From Torpedo marmorata (Eukaryota), in contig OZ360231.1 of NCBI GenBank assembly GCA_977017645.1, positions 93,062,001 through 93,126,000 of the forward strand: a stretch of 64,000 nucleotides of DNA, in the 5' to 3' direction. A model generated the notes under the pieces. That model was not told where the DNA came from. It saw only the letters and a program-made list of their open reading frames with translations, and made no database searches. The position numbers and the translations under genes are program-made. Shown in pieces: positions 11,797-24,027 of the stretch (the stretch's first letter is position 1; each line of letters starts with the position of its first letter).

Positions 11797-12101
11797 GTGA
11801 GCTGGCTATGTCCTCTGAATGAGAATGGTGCCGCTTTACATTACTACCAGCCCAGGCAAGAACTGATAAGTTATTTACTCCTTGCTTCTGGGACAGCTGG
11901 GACCCTGAGCTCTGATGTACATGCTATTGCCTTTAGCTCCTCCCCCTTTGGTTGTCCCTTGGGATTGAGGATGAGTTGCTGCTCAGGTCTCACTGGTTAA
12001 ATGTGTGGCAATATAAAAATCAAATAAATCATAAATAGTATTTGCTCATTAAGCATGGAAATGATTTAGTATACATGTTACTTTTGTGTATCAGATGTGG
12101 A

Positions 12102-12388
12102 TAAAAACATTGTGAAGGACTTCTCACACCCCTTTGGTAAACTGTTTTCCCCTTTGCCATCTGGAAGGAGGTACCGAAGCACTCGGGCTCGTACGTCCAG
12201 ACTGTGAAACAGTTTTTTCCCCCAAGCCATCAGGCTCCTCATTTCCTAGATATATATGTGTATTAGCATGTTATAGTTTTTCTATTGTATTATGATATTT
12301 ATGTACATCTGCCCATGGTCCTGGAGAAACGCTATCTCGTCTTACTGTGTATATGGTAATGAACGACAAATAAAGGTGACTTGACTTG
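12102..12388 (+). mobile_element. Short Rex1-type LINE 3'-end copy (A)
   Basis: KNIVKDFSHPFGKLFSPLPSGRRYRS...NSFFPQAIRLL followed by a tail ending (gactt)n; near-identical to 23766-24027. Confidence 0.8.
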
Positions 12389-14286
12389 GATGATATGTAA
12401 TACCACTTAACAATCCTTCACTTACTGATCTATTTTGAGATCAGTCAGTGATAGCGGAAGATATGAGGTGAAAGTTTATTTTCTTGATGATGGGAAGTAC
12501 CCTCCTAAGGCAGCCTGGTAGAGATCAGATCTTGCAGTGTAATTTGGCTGCATCTATTTTTCTCATTTGCCAGTTTATTAGTGTGCCATCAAACTATTTG
12601 TAGGCAAAGCAATAACTTGTAAGCACCCTATGTGATTTTTGTTTCCTCTCTCCAATACATGTTCAAGGCTGGAGCTGTATGTCTAAATTTAAAAACAATA
12701 TCTCACTGAGAATGAATTCATTGTTCTTGGCCTCTCACCAGAGTCGGCGTCAGAAGAGACCTAATCGGGGGGGCATTAGGGTAACCGCGGGAGGGGGGGG
12801 CACAAACTGCCATTCGAGAATTCACTCAGCGGGGGGGGAGCGGGTGCCATACCTGCCATGGACCTCCTCCGTACACCGCGCCGTCACATTTCCCCCTCCC
12901 TCCGGCGTTTCAGACAAACGCGCGTGCTTATAGCGCGTGGAGACGAAACCACGTGATTCATTTTGGTGACACCCCCTCTGATGGCGTCACCGATGCAGTT
13001 GATAGCCACAATTGAATTCTTTATTTCGTTGTTCAGTTAAAACCTTTCTTCAGAGAATTGAATGTTAATCTGCGCATTTTTGATGTTTGAATCAGATTCA
13101 CAATCCAAAGATGACTGCACAGAACTTTCAGTTACTCTTAAGAAACAAATGAAGTCTGTGTCCAATAATTATCAAAGAATAAGCTAAAGTGGTCGAACGG
13201 AAGGGACCGGTTTCAACATGGAACTATCAACTATCTTACAGTACAGGGAAAAGCGACCAGTTTGTTTGATATAACTTTAAAAACGTATGAAGTCGGACAC
13301 TTTGGCACTTGATAGGTTTTGAAATTTTGAAAAAACAATCCGGTCGTTTTTATCTGCACTGTACTTTGAGCTTCTTTCGTATTATTTCACGTGAGCTCGT
13401 GTTATACACTGTTTGATTGTGATATATCTGCTTAGTTTGTATTTGTGAGATTTACAAAATGCCTAGATGAACACAATCTATTAGTTAAAATCTGTTCTGT
13501 AACCTCGTGTAAGGTTAGACGAACTCATGGAGAATAATTGCACTGTTATACGGCACTGACTTTTTGGCTGATCTTGGTATTCTCAATTGCATTTCTAAAT
13601 TCCAAATTTAATTTTACTGAAGTAATTTGCACTTCCTGTAGATAATTCACAACACCATCAAAGGTTGTTTTCCATTCAGGATATTTTTATTTTGTTCTTT
13701 GATGATTAATTTAATCTATATCCTTTCCGATCAACCAGTGGCATTAGAGTAAACACAGTTGATTTTACAAGAATACAACATCCAGACTTGGGAAACTTGT
13801 GCTTTTTAAAACCCCCATTGCTCATCTCTAAACACACACGCCGTTCCTTATATACTCAAAGTGCTGTCAAGATGAGAGAAACAAAGTTTATATTATGTAA
13901 TCAGATTCTCCCATTTCTTATACCTTGTTTCTCATACCTTGAGGAAGAGCACAAGACCGAAACGTCGGTTATATGTAGTATCTTTGCCTCCTATGGACGC
14001 TACGAGACCTGCTGAGTTCCTCCAGCATTTCTGTTTTTACTACAATCACAGCGTCTGCAGACTTTCCTGTTTCACTCGCGTTTCTTATCACTGACTTTAC
14101 CTGACACTCATCGCCGCCCTTTCACTTTGGGTCAACGTTTAATGCAGTAGTCTCCCAAATATTGGGCAGAGTCTGACTTCACCTGTGCCATCGCCCATGA
14201 AGACTTTCCAGGTGTGAAAACATACAGTCAGAAAATCCGTCAGACCTCTCAACTTTCCCAAGCACCTATCGCCGCCTCTGCCTTAC

Positions 14287-14467
14287 CAGGGTTCCTCAGT
14301 TTCCTGTTCCTCAGCACCAAGATGATGACCAGCATGTTGCCCAGGATGTCCACAACGACGGTGAAGATCAGGACTGCGGCCAGCGCCGTGGTGACTCTGA
14401 CCCCGGCGAAGGGAGTCCTTTCCGATTCCCAGGAGTCGGGCTCTGAGCAGTTCCCATCTTCAACCAT
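14287..14467 (-). pseudogene. Orphan melatonin receptor (MTNR1/Mel1 family GPCR) coding exon 1
   Basis: gcaATGG start; MVEDGNCSEPDSWESERTPFAGVRVTTALAAVLIFTVVVDILGNMLVIILVLRNRKLRNP-G|gtaagg; TM1/ICL1 signature of melatonin receptors with the conserved phase-1 intron (181 nt = 60 codons + 1); no exon 2 in the window; paralogue not assignable. Confidence 0.85.
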
Positions 14468-14496
14468 TGCCACTGCTTTGCATTCAACTCCCAACC

Positions 14497-17400
14497 ATCA
14501 GAATTAGAATTTATTGTCATGAACAAGTCATGAAATTCGGTGTTTTGCGGCAGCATCATAGTGCAAACATTATAACCATCTTACGACATTACACAAAATA
14601 TATAAATAATAGTGCATGAAAAGTAAGGCAGTGTCTTTGGTTCATTGATTATTCAGGAATCTGATGGCAGCAGGGAAGAAGCTGTCCTTGTGCTGTTGAG
14701 TGCTCGTTTTCAGGCTCCTGTACCTTTTTCCCGATGGAAGCAGAGTGAAGAGGGCATGGCCTGGGTGGTGGGGGTCTTTGAGGATAGAGGCTGCTTTTTT
14801 AAGACACCGCCTCATGTAGATGTCCTCGGAGTGAAGTCTGGTGCCTGTGATGTCGCAGGTTGAGATAACAACCCTCTGGAGTTTATTCTTGTCCTGGGAG
14901 TTGGCGCATCCATACCAGGCAGTGATGCAACCAGCCAGAATGCTCTCCACGGTACACCTGTAGAAGTTTACGAGAGTCTTTGGTGACGTACCGAATCTCC
15001 TCAGACACCTCACAAAGTATAGCCGCTGGCGAGCTGCCTTTGTGCTTGCATCAACGTGGAGGCTCCAGGACAGATCCTTGGAGATGTTGACACCCAGGAA
15101 TTTGAAGTTCTTGACCCTTTCCACGACTGAGCCCTCGATGAGGACTGGGTCGTGTTCCCCTGACTTCCTCCTGAAGTCCACAATAATTTCCTTGGTTTTG
15201 CTGATGTTGAGCGCGAGGTTGTTGTCATTATACCATTGAACGAGCTGATCTACCGTATATTTTGGCGTATAAGTCGAGTCTTGAAACCCTCAAATATCTC
15301 TCAAAAAATGGGGGTCGACTTATATGCCAGATATACTTTTGAGACCTTAAATTCAGCTCAAAAACCGCTCCATGCCGATTCGGCCTATAAGTCGACCCGT
15401 GAAAACCTGATTCGGCGTATAAGTCGACCCGTGAAAACCTGATTCGGCGTATGTCGACCCTTGAAAACACGATTCGGCGTATAAGTCGACCCTTGAAAAA
15501 CCAAATAAAAACCCGACTGCAACAAATTTTCATTGAAATTTTTATTGAAAACAACACATTTAGAACCCTTCAAAATCACTTTCGCTATCATCGTCTGAGG
15601 CAAAGATCTCGGCAAACACATCCGGGGTCTCGCTGTTTAAACAGTCATCATACGGGTCCCATTCTGTATCCGCTTCGTCACAGTGTCCCACAACAAATCA
15701 TCTTCCGTACCATCAATTGCACAAGAGTTACCGCACTTTTTAAACGATTTTATTACAGTCTCTACTTTCACTTTGTCCCATGCCTTGAGCACGAAGTCAC
15801 ACAGCACATCAAGCGATGCAGCACGCATTGCCCCACCTTTTGTAAATAATTTTTCTGCACTCAACATCCATGTATTCTACTCTTCATGCACATGGTCTTT
15901 GAATGGCTTGTTCAAGCAGACATTGAGAGGTTGCAATATAGACGGGATAACCGCCATGTAAGTATTATGTTGTGCTAATCTACTTTTAGTGTTCTCAGTT
16001 AAGTGGCTATGAAACATATCCCAGACCAGCAAACTATGTTCCTTGCGTAAACCGCCTGGCCGCCTGTTCCACACATTGTCTATCCATAATTTTACACCAT
16101 TTTCATACATCCATCCTTTTTCATGAAAATGTACAAAAATACCCGCAGGAAATTTTATTTTAGGTTTAAATTTGCGTTTGAAGATTACCATGGGTCTTAA
16201 CTTTGTCCCGTCAACCATGCACGATAACACCACGGTAAACCTGGTCCTTTGATGGCCTGTACTACTGGTTTGCACAGTTTTTACACCTTTCCATTCCACT
16301 GTTCTAATGCCTATCATGTCAAAATTCATGGGGGTTTCGTCCATGTTTCCAATATTTGCCAATGCAAACTTGTGTTTGTGCCGGTTACGTATAATAAACT
16401 GGTGAAAACTTACAACTTTATGATCAAGATCTTTTGGTAGTTTCTGAGCAATTTTTGTTTTTCCTGTTCATGAAACGGTTGCACCAGCCTACTGTAGCTT
16501 CAAAATTATTACTGAGTTCTGGGTGCGACTTTGCCCACTTCAGTGTAAATGTTCTTATTTTATTTCGGGTGACTAGCAATCTTGCCTCTGTTCACGTACC
16601 CATGCTGCGACATGATTTTCCAACTGTGACCAACGAGTGATTCCTCTTCTCATCGAACATTGCCTTTTTGGTATTTTTCTTAAAGTCTCTTCTTTCTTTC
16701 TCCAATCTCTTACCAACTTATATATATCAAATTTTCTTGCAGCAGCACAGTTGTTGGTTTTCTTGGCCATTTCTATCACTTTTAATTTAAAACTCGCCTC
16801 ATACTTTTGTCGTTTCAATGGACCCTCCATGATAACAATCACCTCCTGCCAACGCCCAGCAGCTCAATCATCGTGATAGTTGTGGGTCGACTTATTCGCC
16901 TGTCAACGCCCAGCATCTCAGGCATTGCGATTTTTTTTTTTGGGGGGGTCGACTTATATGCCCGATATACAATAAAACCATTAAAATGAGGCTGAAAAAG
17001 GGGGGTCGACTTATCTGCGGGTCGTCTTATACGCAGAAATGTACGGTATCTCCCTCCTGTACGCTACCTCCTTGCCGTTTGTGATTCTGCCAACAACTGT
17101 GGTGTCATCGGCAAACTTGTAGATGGCATGGGAATTGTGCCTGGCCACACAGTCATGGGTGTATAATGAGTAGAGCAGTGGGCTAAGCACGCATCCTTCG
17201 GGTGCGCCTATGTTGATAATAAGTGAGGAAGAGCCGTTGTTTCCAATTTGTACTGACTGGTCTTACGATGAGGGGGGTACAGAGACCTAGAGTTTGTAGC
17301 TTCTTGACCAGCATTGAGGGAATAATGGTATTGAAGGCCGAGCTGTAGTCGATGAAGAGCAGCCGTGTGTATGAATTGCTGTTTTTGAGGTGATCCAGAG

Positions 17401-18276
17401 CTGAGTGGAGAGCCAGCGATATTGCATCTGCTGTGGAGCGATTGTGACGATAGGTGAATTTTGCAGTGGGTCCAGATCTTTGCATAGGTACGTGTTAATT
17501 CTGGCCATGACCAGCCTCTCAAAGCATTTCATCACAGTAGAAGTTGGTGCTACTGGGCGGTAGTCGTTGAGGCAGCTCACACTACTCTTCTTGGGTACCA
17601 GGATGATTGATGCCCTTTTGAAGCAGGTGGAAACCTCTGACTGCCGCAATGAGAGGTTGAAAATGTCCGTGAACACTCCGGCTAGTTGGTTGGCGCAGAT
17701 TTTCAGTACCCTGTCAGGTACGCTGTCAGGGCCTGACGCCTTGCGAGGGTTCACCATCTTGAATGATGTTCTGACGTCGCCCTCAGAGACAGATATCACA
17801 GGGTCCTCAGCCTTTTCAGGGATTCCAGTAGGCACTGTTTGGTGGTTCTTCTCAAAGCGGGCATAGGTGTTCAGCTCATTGGGTAGTGAAGCATCACAGC
17901 CGTCTGTTGTGTTCGCCCTCGCTTTGTAGGCTGTAATGGCCTGCACTCCCTGCCATAGCTGGTGTGTATCTGTCTCTGTCTCCAGCTTCCTCCGGAATTG
18001 CCACTTTGCTTCAGAGATGGCCTTCCGCAGGTCGTGCCTGGTCTTCTTGTAAAGATCCCGATCCTCGGCTTTAAATGCCCTTGTTCTCGCCCTCAGCAGG
18101 TTGCGAATTCTCTGATTCATCCAGGGCTTCTGGTTGGGGAACACCCGGTATGTGCACGTGGGCACCTTCATCCACGCAGATCTTGATGAAGTCGGTGACA
18201 CCTGTTGCATATTCATTCAGGTCTATGGATGAGTTCTTGAATATGTTCCAGTCCACCGATTCAAAGCAGTCCTGCA
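14497..18276 (-). mobile_element. Rex1/Babar-like LINE (same family as 3830-5880), split by a pogo insertion
   Basis: ORF pieces 17287-18216 and 14642-15181 are near-identical to the 3830-5880 copy; the sequence resumes exactly across 15251/17048. Confidence 0.9.
15253..17046 (-). mobile_element. Full-length degenerate pogo-superfamily (POGK/Passer-like) DNA transposon
   Basis: TIRs ccgtatattttggcgtataag / cttatacgcagaaatgtacgg; TA TSD at 15251-52 and 17047-48; transposase fragments RQKYEASFKLKVIEMAKKTNNCAAARKF (Brinker-type DBD), IGNMDETPMNFDM, LLVWDMFHSH, LQPLNVCLNKPFK (DDE_1); frameshifts present. Confidence 0.92.
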
Positions 18277-19019
18277 AGTTTCAACTAGTTAATCCATTTT
18301 GATTACAATTAATTTTCTAACACAACTAAAACGGCATGACTAGTTGGAGATTGGGGTGCGTTTTTGAATTTAAAGGTTTGTTTTGCAATATAATTAATGG
18401 AAACTTTGTAACGATATTCAGGAGTTCAGTAACAAAGGTAGAAGTTCATGGCTTTGGGCCTTATTAGGCAGCAGAAAGACCTCGTTGTTTCAATAATGGC
18501 AGAATGCTTGGCAATGTATTTATCCTCATTATTGTATTGCCACTCCTCACCCCAGGAGTGGTTCTAGGGGAAGAAGAGGATCACCAGAAATAAGGAATAC
18601 AGGCATCTGAATTACAGTTTGCATTCATGCAGTTCTTCTTAGCTAATTTCTGATCATCAACAGCTGACAGAGGGCCAGAGTTTAGACGTTTTTTTTTCCC
18701 AAAGGATTGCCAAAGGAGAGGCTTCCAATTCTCCAATGCTTTATAGTAAAATTACGATTGTGGTAATTGCAGATACTCCTACCACTCTTTATTGGTGAGA
18801 TTGACTGAAAATTGATGTTAGCGCTTTCTGGTTGTGATTGACTTAGCAAAAGATGTGTGCCAGGAATTGATTGGGTGTATGTTACTTCAGGGTTACAGAA
18901 TTTGAGGGAAGAAATCAATGCTGAGTGTACTTTGGCCTGGTCTATTTTGTAAGAGCATTATCGCAAAAAATTAATCCTGAGAGCCAGGTGTAGCAAAATG
19001 ATTCTTCTAAGTAAAGCAT

Positions 19020-19335
19020 AAACTTTTTTTTCACTGAGGTAGGTGGGATACAAACCAGAGGACATGGGTTAAGAGTGAAAGGGGAAAAGTTTAGGGGGTA
19101 CATGAGGGGGAACTACTTCACACAGAGAGTGGTGGGGGTGTGGAACGAGCTGCCATCTGAAGTGGTGAATGTGGGCTCAATTTTAACATTGAAGAATTTG
19201 GACAAGTATATGGATGGGAGAGGTATGGAGGGCTATGGACTGGGAGCAGGTCAGTAGGACTAGGCAATAAAAATGGTTTGGCACAGACTAGAAGGGCCGA
19301 AGAGGCCTGTTTCTGTGCTGTAATGTTCTATGGTG
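19020..19335 (+). mobile_element. CR1-type LINE 3' end
   Basis: TRGHGLRVKGEKFRG..RGNYFTQRVVGVWNELPSEVV; tail gggccgaagaggcctgtttctgtgctgtaatgttctatg. Confidence 0.8.
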
Positions 19336-21937
19336 CATAAATTTTGGATCGGGGAAATATGCCTGAAGGTTATATCTGACAGTTGAGCCAGTTGTAATTT
19401 TACATTGCTATGGCAAGTGCTGGATGGTACTTTGGCTTTTCTTTTGAAACTTGTAATTGTCACTTATGCAGGCCACAGAAACTTTGAAGTAACACATAAC
19501 ATTCCCATGCATTTGAGTCCTTGAATTGACAATAGATAGGACACTTTTTAGAAACATGCTTGAAAAAGGGTCACGTGGATAAGATACTGATCTGTGTCCC
19601 GAGAAAAACTTCTACCTGTTTGAACAAGAAAGAATAATTAACCTGACTGATCAGCTACATTTTAATGCACAAGAGGTTAATCCCCTTTTGTTAGCTCATT
19701 ACTTTTTCACTGTAGTTACAAGGTACAAAACAGTAAAAAAAATTTGTAACTAATCTGTAGTTGTTGTACAGTATCAACATGTTTCTGGAGTTTCCATACA
19801 CCACAAGCTATTTGACATATCATGCCAGTGTCACAGTTGGTTTTGCTGGGATCTTATTGTAGCTGATTCCCATCTCACTGCTGCAAACTCCCAAAAGCTT
19901 TACTATTTTTCGCTCCAGGCTTGTGCTGTTTGCCAAAAACACCACCTTACTTTTTGTTGTGGCTCACTTAAGAATTTCAACTGTTTGATATAATTTCAGT
20001 AAACTTGCTAATATCGTCTTTTAAGATGAAGCATTGTTTATTGGTTGTCTATGGATTAGGATCAAACTTGTTTTTCTCTGGCTATTGGTAAAATACAATA
20101 TATTTTTATTCCTGTTCTCTCCCAATGAATTTGATCACTGGGAAATCAGTGAAATACCAAAAGGTAAAATACTCTTTAAAGATTTAACAGCTTCCTAATT
20201 CAATTATTTGGGTGCAGGGTTTAAAATCCTCGGGTAGGTCCACAAATGTCTTCAGCAATTAAAACATTTAAGCTGTGCCTGACAGAAGGAATTAATTAAA
20301 TTGTAAATTGCAGGTGAAGTTGTGAAAATTGCTCTTATTAAATTTATACATGACTCTGCCGGTGCTTTCTAATAGGATCAGCAAAATAATTGATAAACTT
20401 GTGTCGAGCTTCTTAAATGTAGATTTAAGTTTTGGCTAGAATGACTTGGCTTCAAGATAAGCCTGTGATTCTGATATTAGGTCCCTTTCTTGGTGTCAGG
20501 TGAGTTTGCTGTTTGACTGAGATGACACTAAAAGAGTAAAATTTGGCTCAGCCAGAACTTCATTTCATTAGCACTTTTAACAATTTTGGAATTGTGCAGG
20601 TTTTAAATTTAAATTAACGCAATTGCAATAGTCCACTGTCTCATACTATACAAGAGGAGCCAGAGCGTGACATGTAATAGAATGTATTATATTTGAAATG
20701 AAATTGCTGAAAGATATGTCTTAATCTTTGTGTAAATGGGGCAGGAGTTGGCATTTGCCAGAGAAAAGGGATGAAAGGGCACAGCAGTCCTCCCAAATTT
20801 GGTGGTAGGACATTATTGTCTTTATGCCCTTGTTTCCCACCTGCCAGCAGGCATGATTGGGAAGATGTGTCAGAAAGCCACCCAAAAAAGTTCACAACAA
20901 AAGGGAATCCACAGCAATCAAAGAATTGGGACAGGAAATGAGAGATTCAAACATCTGCCGGATGTTTGAATTTAATGCTGCACCTACTTTGTTGTGCCAA
21001 GCCTTGGGAGATCTCTTTGGCCAGCATTAAATTCAAATGGTTGCCAAACTCTGAGGACTGATCCTTGATGTTCCTTTTTTTCAGTGTCAGCTACCCTCAA
21101 ACTAATTGTGGTTAAACAGGGAGAAATTAGGTGAGGTTAGATATTGCATATTTAGTATTTTAAGTCTCTGATTCTCTCCTTTAAATATTTCACCACCCTT
21201 GAGTCTCTTTAAGAAAATGGTGGTGGGGTTTTAAAGAGACCAGATTCCTGTCAGTCACCTGATGAGTTCTGAGAGCAGATAAATAGTTTCTGACCTCATA
21301 ATTCAGGATATTTTTGCATTGCAGCTGCCATGTTAGTATCGGTCCTATTACTGTATCTCAGTACATCTTTGAAAGATGCATGGCATGCTTCCTTATTACT
21401 GATTATAACATGTCAGTTTATTATCACCACTCAGCTTGTGTGTAGATTGGCCACTTACCTAATCTATTCAATAGATTAATTAAAAATCATGAGTGAAATT
21501 TTCCAATCTGTTGTGATCGTTGCATATATTGATGGTGAGTCATTGGAATATAAACTGATCATAATGGTGAGTTAGTACTGAAATAAATAACTTGATAGTC
21601 TTTCAACTAAAAACCTTGACTGGCCATTTTCTACTCATGGATGCTGTCTAACCTACTGAGTGCCTCCAGCAATTCTTTGTTTGCTCAAGATTCCAGCATC
21701 TGCAGCTTTTGTTTCTCTCATTGAATTAATTAGCCTCATGCAGAATTAATTATGTAAAATTCCTAAAAATGTAACTAACTTGAATATTATACTACATCAG
21801 AGGTTTTAAAGATGTCATGGTTAATGTCAGAGAAAAATGTGGTGGTTGGGGTAAGACAATAATTCTATAGGTTCTTTTAAATGTTTTCATTTTACCTTGA
21901 TACACAAAGATTCAACCTTTTCTGTTTCAGAGTATTG

Positions 21938-22642
21938 ATGGCTGGAAGCGTGGATGTGTACAACTCCTCTGTTCATGACTCCTGCGTCTCCTCAGGGTTT
22001 AAAACTCTGTACGAGGAGGGATTATTGTTTGATGTCACCCTAGTTATTGAGGATCACCAGTTTCAGGCTCACAAGGCACTACTGGCTACACAGAGTGACT
22101 ACTTTCGAATAATGTTCACAGCTGACATGAGAGAGCGGGACCAGAACAAGATTCACCTTAAAGGACTTACTCCAACAGGCTTTAGTCACGTTCTTCAATT
22201 TATGTATTATGGCTCCATTGAACTGAATATGAGCACGGTCCATGAGATCCTACAGGCAGCCATGTATGTCCAGTTAACTGAGGTGGTGAAATTCTGCTGT
22301 TCTTTTCTTTTGTCAAAAATCTGCTTGGACAACTGTGCAGAAATCATGCGACTTTTAGATGATTTCAATGTTAATATAGACGGTATCCAAGAACAGCTAG
22401 ACAAGTTCCTACTGGAGAATTTCGTACCACTCATGACCCGATCTGATTTTCTGTCCTACTTGAGTGTTGAAAAGCTTTTGACATGTTTGGAAAATGATCA
22501 ACTGAGCCGATTCCCAGAGATTGAGCTCTTTGAGGCTGCACAGGCCTGGCTGCGACATGACAGAAGCCGTTGGAGGCACACAGATGCCATTGTTCAGAAT
22601 GTCAGGTTTTGTCTGATGAATACAACAAGCGTTTTGGAAAAG
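21938..22642 (+). CDS. KLHL15: Kelch-like protein 15, first coding exon (BTB and BACK domains)
   Basis: Acceptor tttcag|21931, ATG at 21938; MAGSVDVYNSSVHDSCVSSGFKTLYEEGLLFDVTLVIEDHQFQAHKALLATQSDYFRIMFTADMRERDQ; 235 codons; donor AAG|gttagt. Confidence 0.97.
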
Positions 22643-23765
22643 GTTAGTATGTTTGAAAGCAGTAACCAAGTCACAGCACTAAAGCTAGACCATTGTGTGC
22701 TGTGAGGAAAGTATCAGTCAGGATCCAGTTGCCCTTTGCTTTAGCTAACTGATTTATTACAATTAGCAGCTACTCTTTACCTTTTACTTTTTAACTTGTG
22801 ATGATTGTGAAGGATTCTGATGTCATATGGTGATGGAATATCAAAAAATAAGTTTCATCGTGTACTATGATTTAAAGATTTTTTTAATAAAATCTAAGAT
22901 AATGGATGAAATGCTTTGGTCCAGCATTTTATAACATTGATTTCTGGTTAATATTCTTGGGGTGAAAGATAGATTTTTTTGAATGATTCCTAAGTGCAAA
23001 TTTTTATATTGTTTTTATGGTAATCGCTGAGCTTTAATTTTTTTTCAAGCTAGAGGGATTCCTATTTCTGATATTCTTTTAGTTGTGAATGACAACACAG
23101 ACACGTAGGGATGTTGAAGTGGATTCTAACAAGCTTCTTGGCCACTGGTGCTTCGATATTTTCACCACTTGGAACTAGGATTGATCCAGGCAGGGTGTTT
23201 ATCGCCTGTACTTAGAAATCTCAGAAGATAGTACAATGTAGAGGAAAGAACAAAGAAACAATTACTTTATGGATGAACAGTCAAAGGATGATTTCACATG
23301 ATTAATGATCAAAGCATGAAATCCACATTAAAAACAGACTTCCATGGCTTTGGGTATCTAGATTTGATGGATTAATGGCAAATCTTGATGTTTTTGTGAA
23401 ACCATTTAATCTAGAAATGCTTTTCTAAGTTTTCACAATATTGGTCTCCAGCAGGCATTTGATCTTTATCCTTCTGTGGTGGTGGTGATCCTGTCATCTT
23501 CTCTTGTGCTGTACCTCTGGGAAGCAGGCTCATGAACACTTGTTTTCTTGTTTAAACTCCAATCCAGTGGGGTCCTTGTAAGAAGGGATTTGAGCTCAAA
23601 CTTTATCCAAGCACATCTGCTTGGACATCTTTAGAATTAAGAGACAATTAGCAAACAGTGCAGAAACTGCGATATTTGTGCTTGTCATTGTCTTGTGAAT
23701 TAAAAAGAAACAAATTAATCTAAATGCCCAAAATCTTTGAATTTAGGCTGAGGAATGAGGAAGGC

Positions 23766-24027
23766 TAAAAACATTGTGAAGGACTTCTCACACCCCTTTG
23801 GTAAACTGGTACCGAAGCACTCGGGCTCGTACGTCCAGACTGTGCAACAGTTTTTTCCCCCAAGCCATCAGGCTCCTCATTTCCTAGATATATATGTGTA
23901 TTAGCATGTTATAGTTTTTTCTATTGTATTATGATATTTATGTACATCTGCCCATGGTCCTGGAGAAACGCTATCTCGTCTTACTGTGTATATGGTAATG
24001 AACGACAAATAAAGGTGACTTGACTTG
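23766..24027 (+). mobile_element. Short Rex1-type LINE 3'-end copy (B)
   Basis: Near-identical to 12102-12388 with the same 5' start and a ~26-nt internal deletion. Confidence 0.8.

Noticed and set aside
21881-22705. ORF-track termini for KLHL15 (MFSFYLD... start, ...LDHCVL end)
   Set aside because: Both extensions are intronic; splice sites and homology define 21938-22642.
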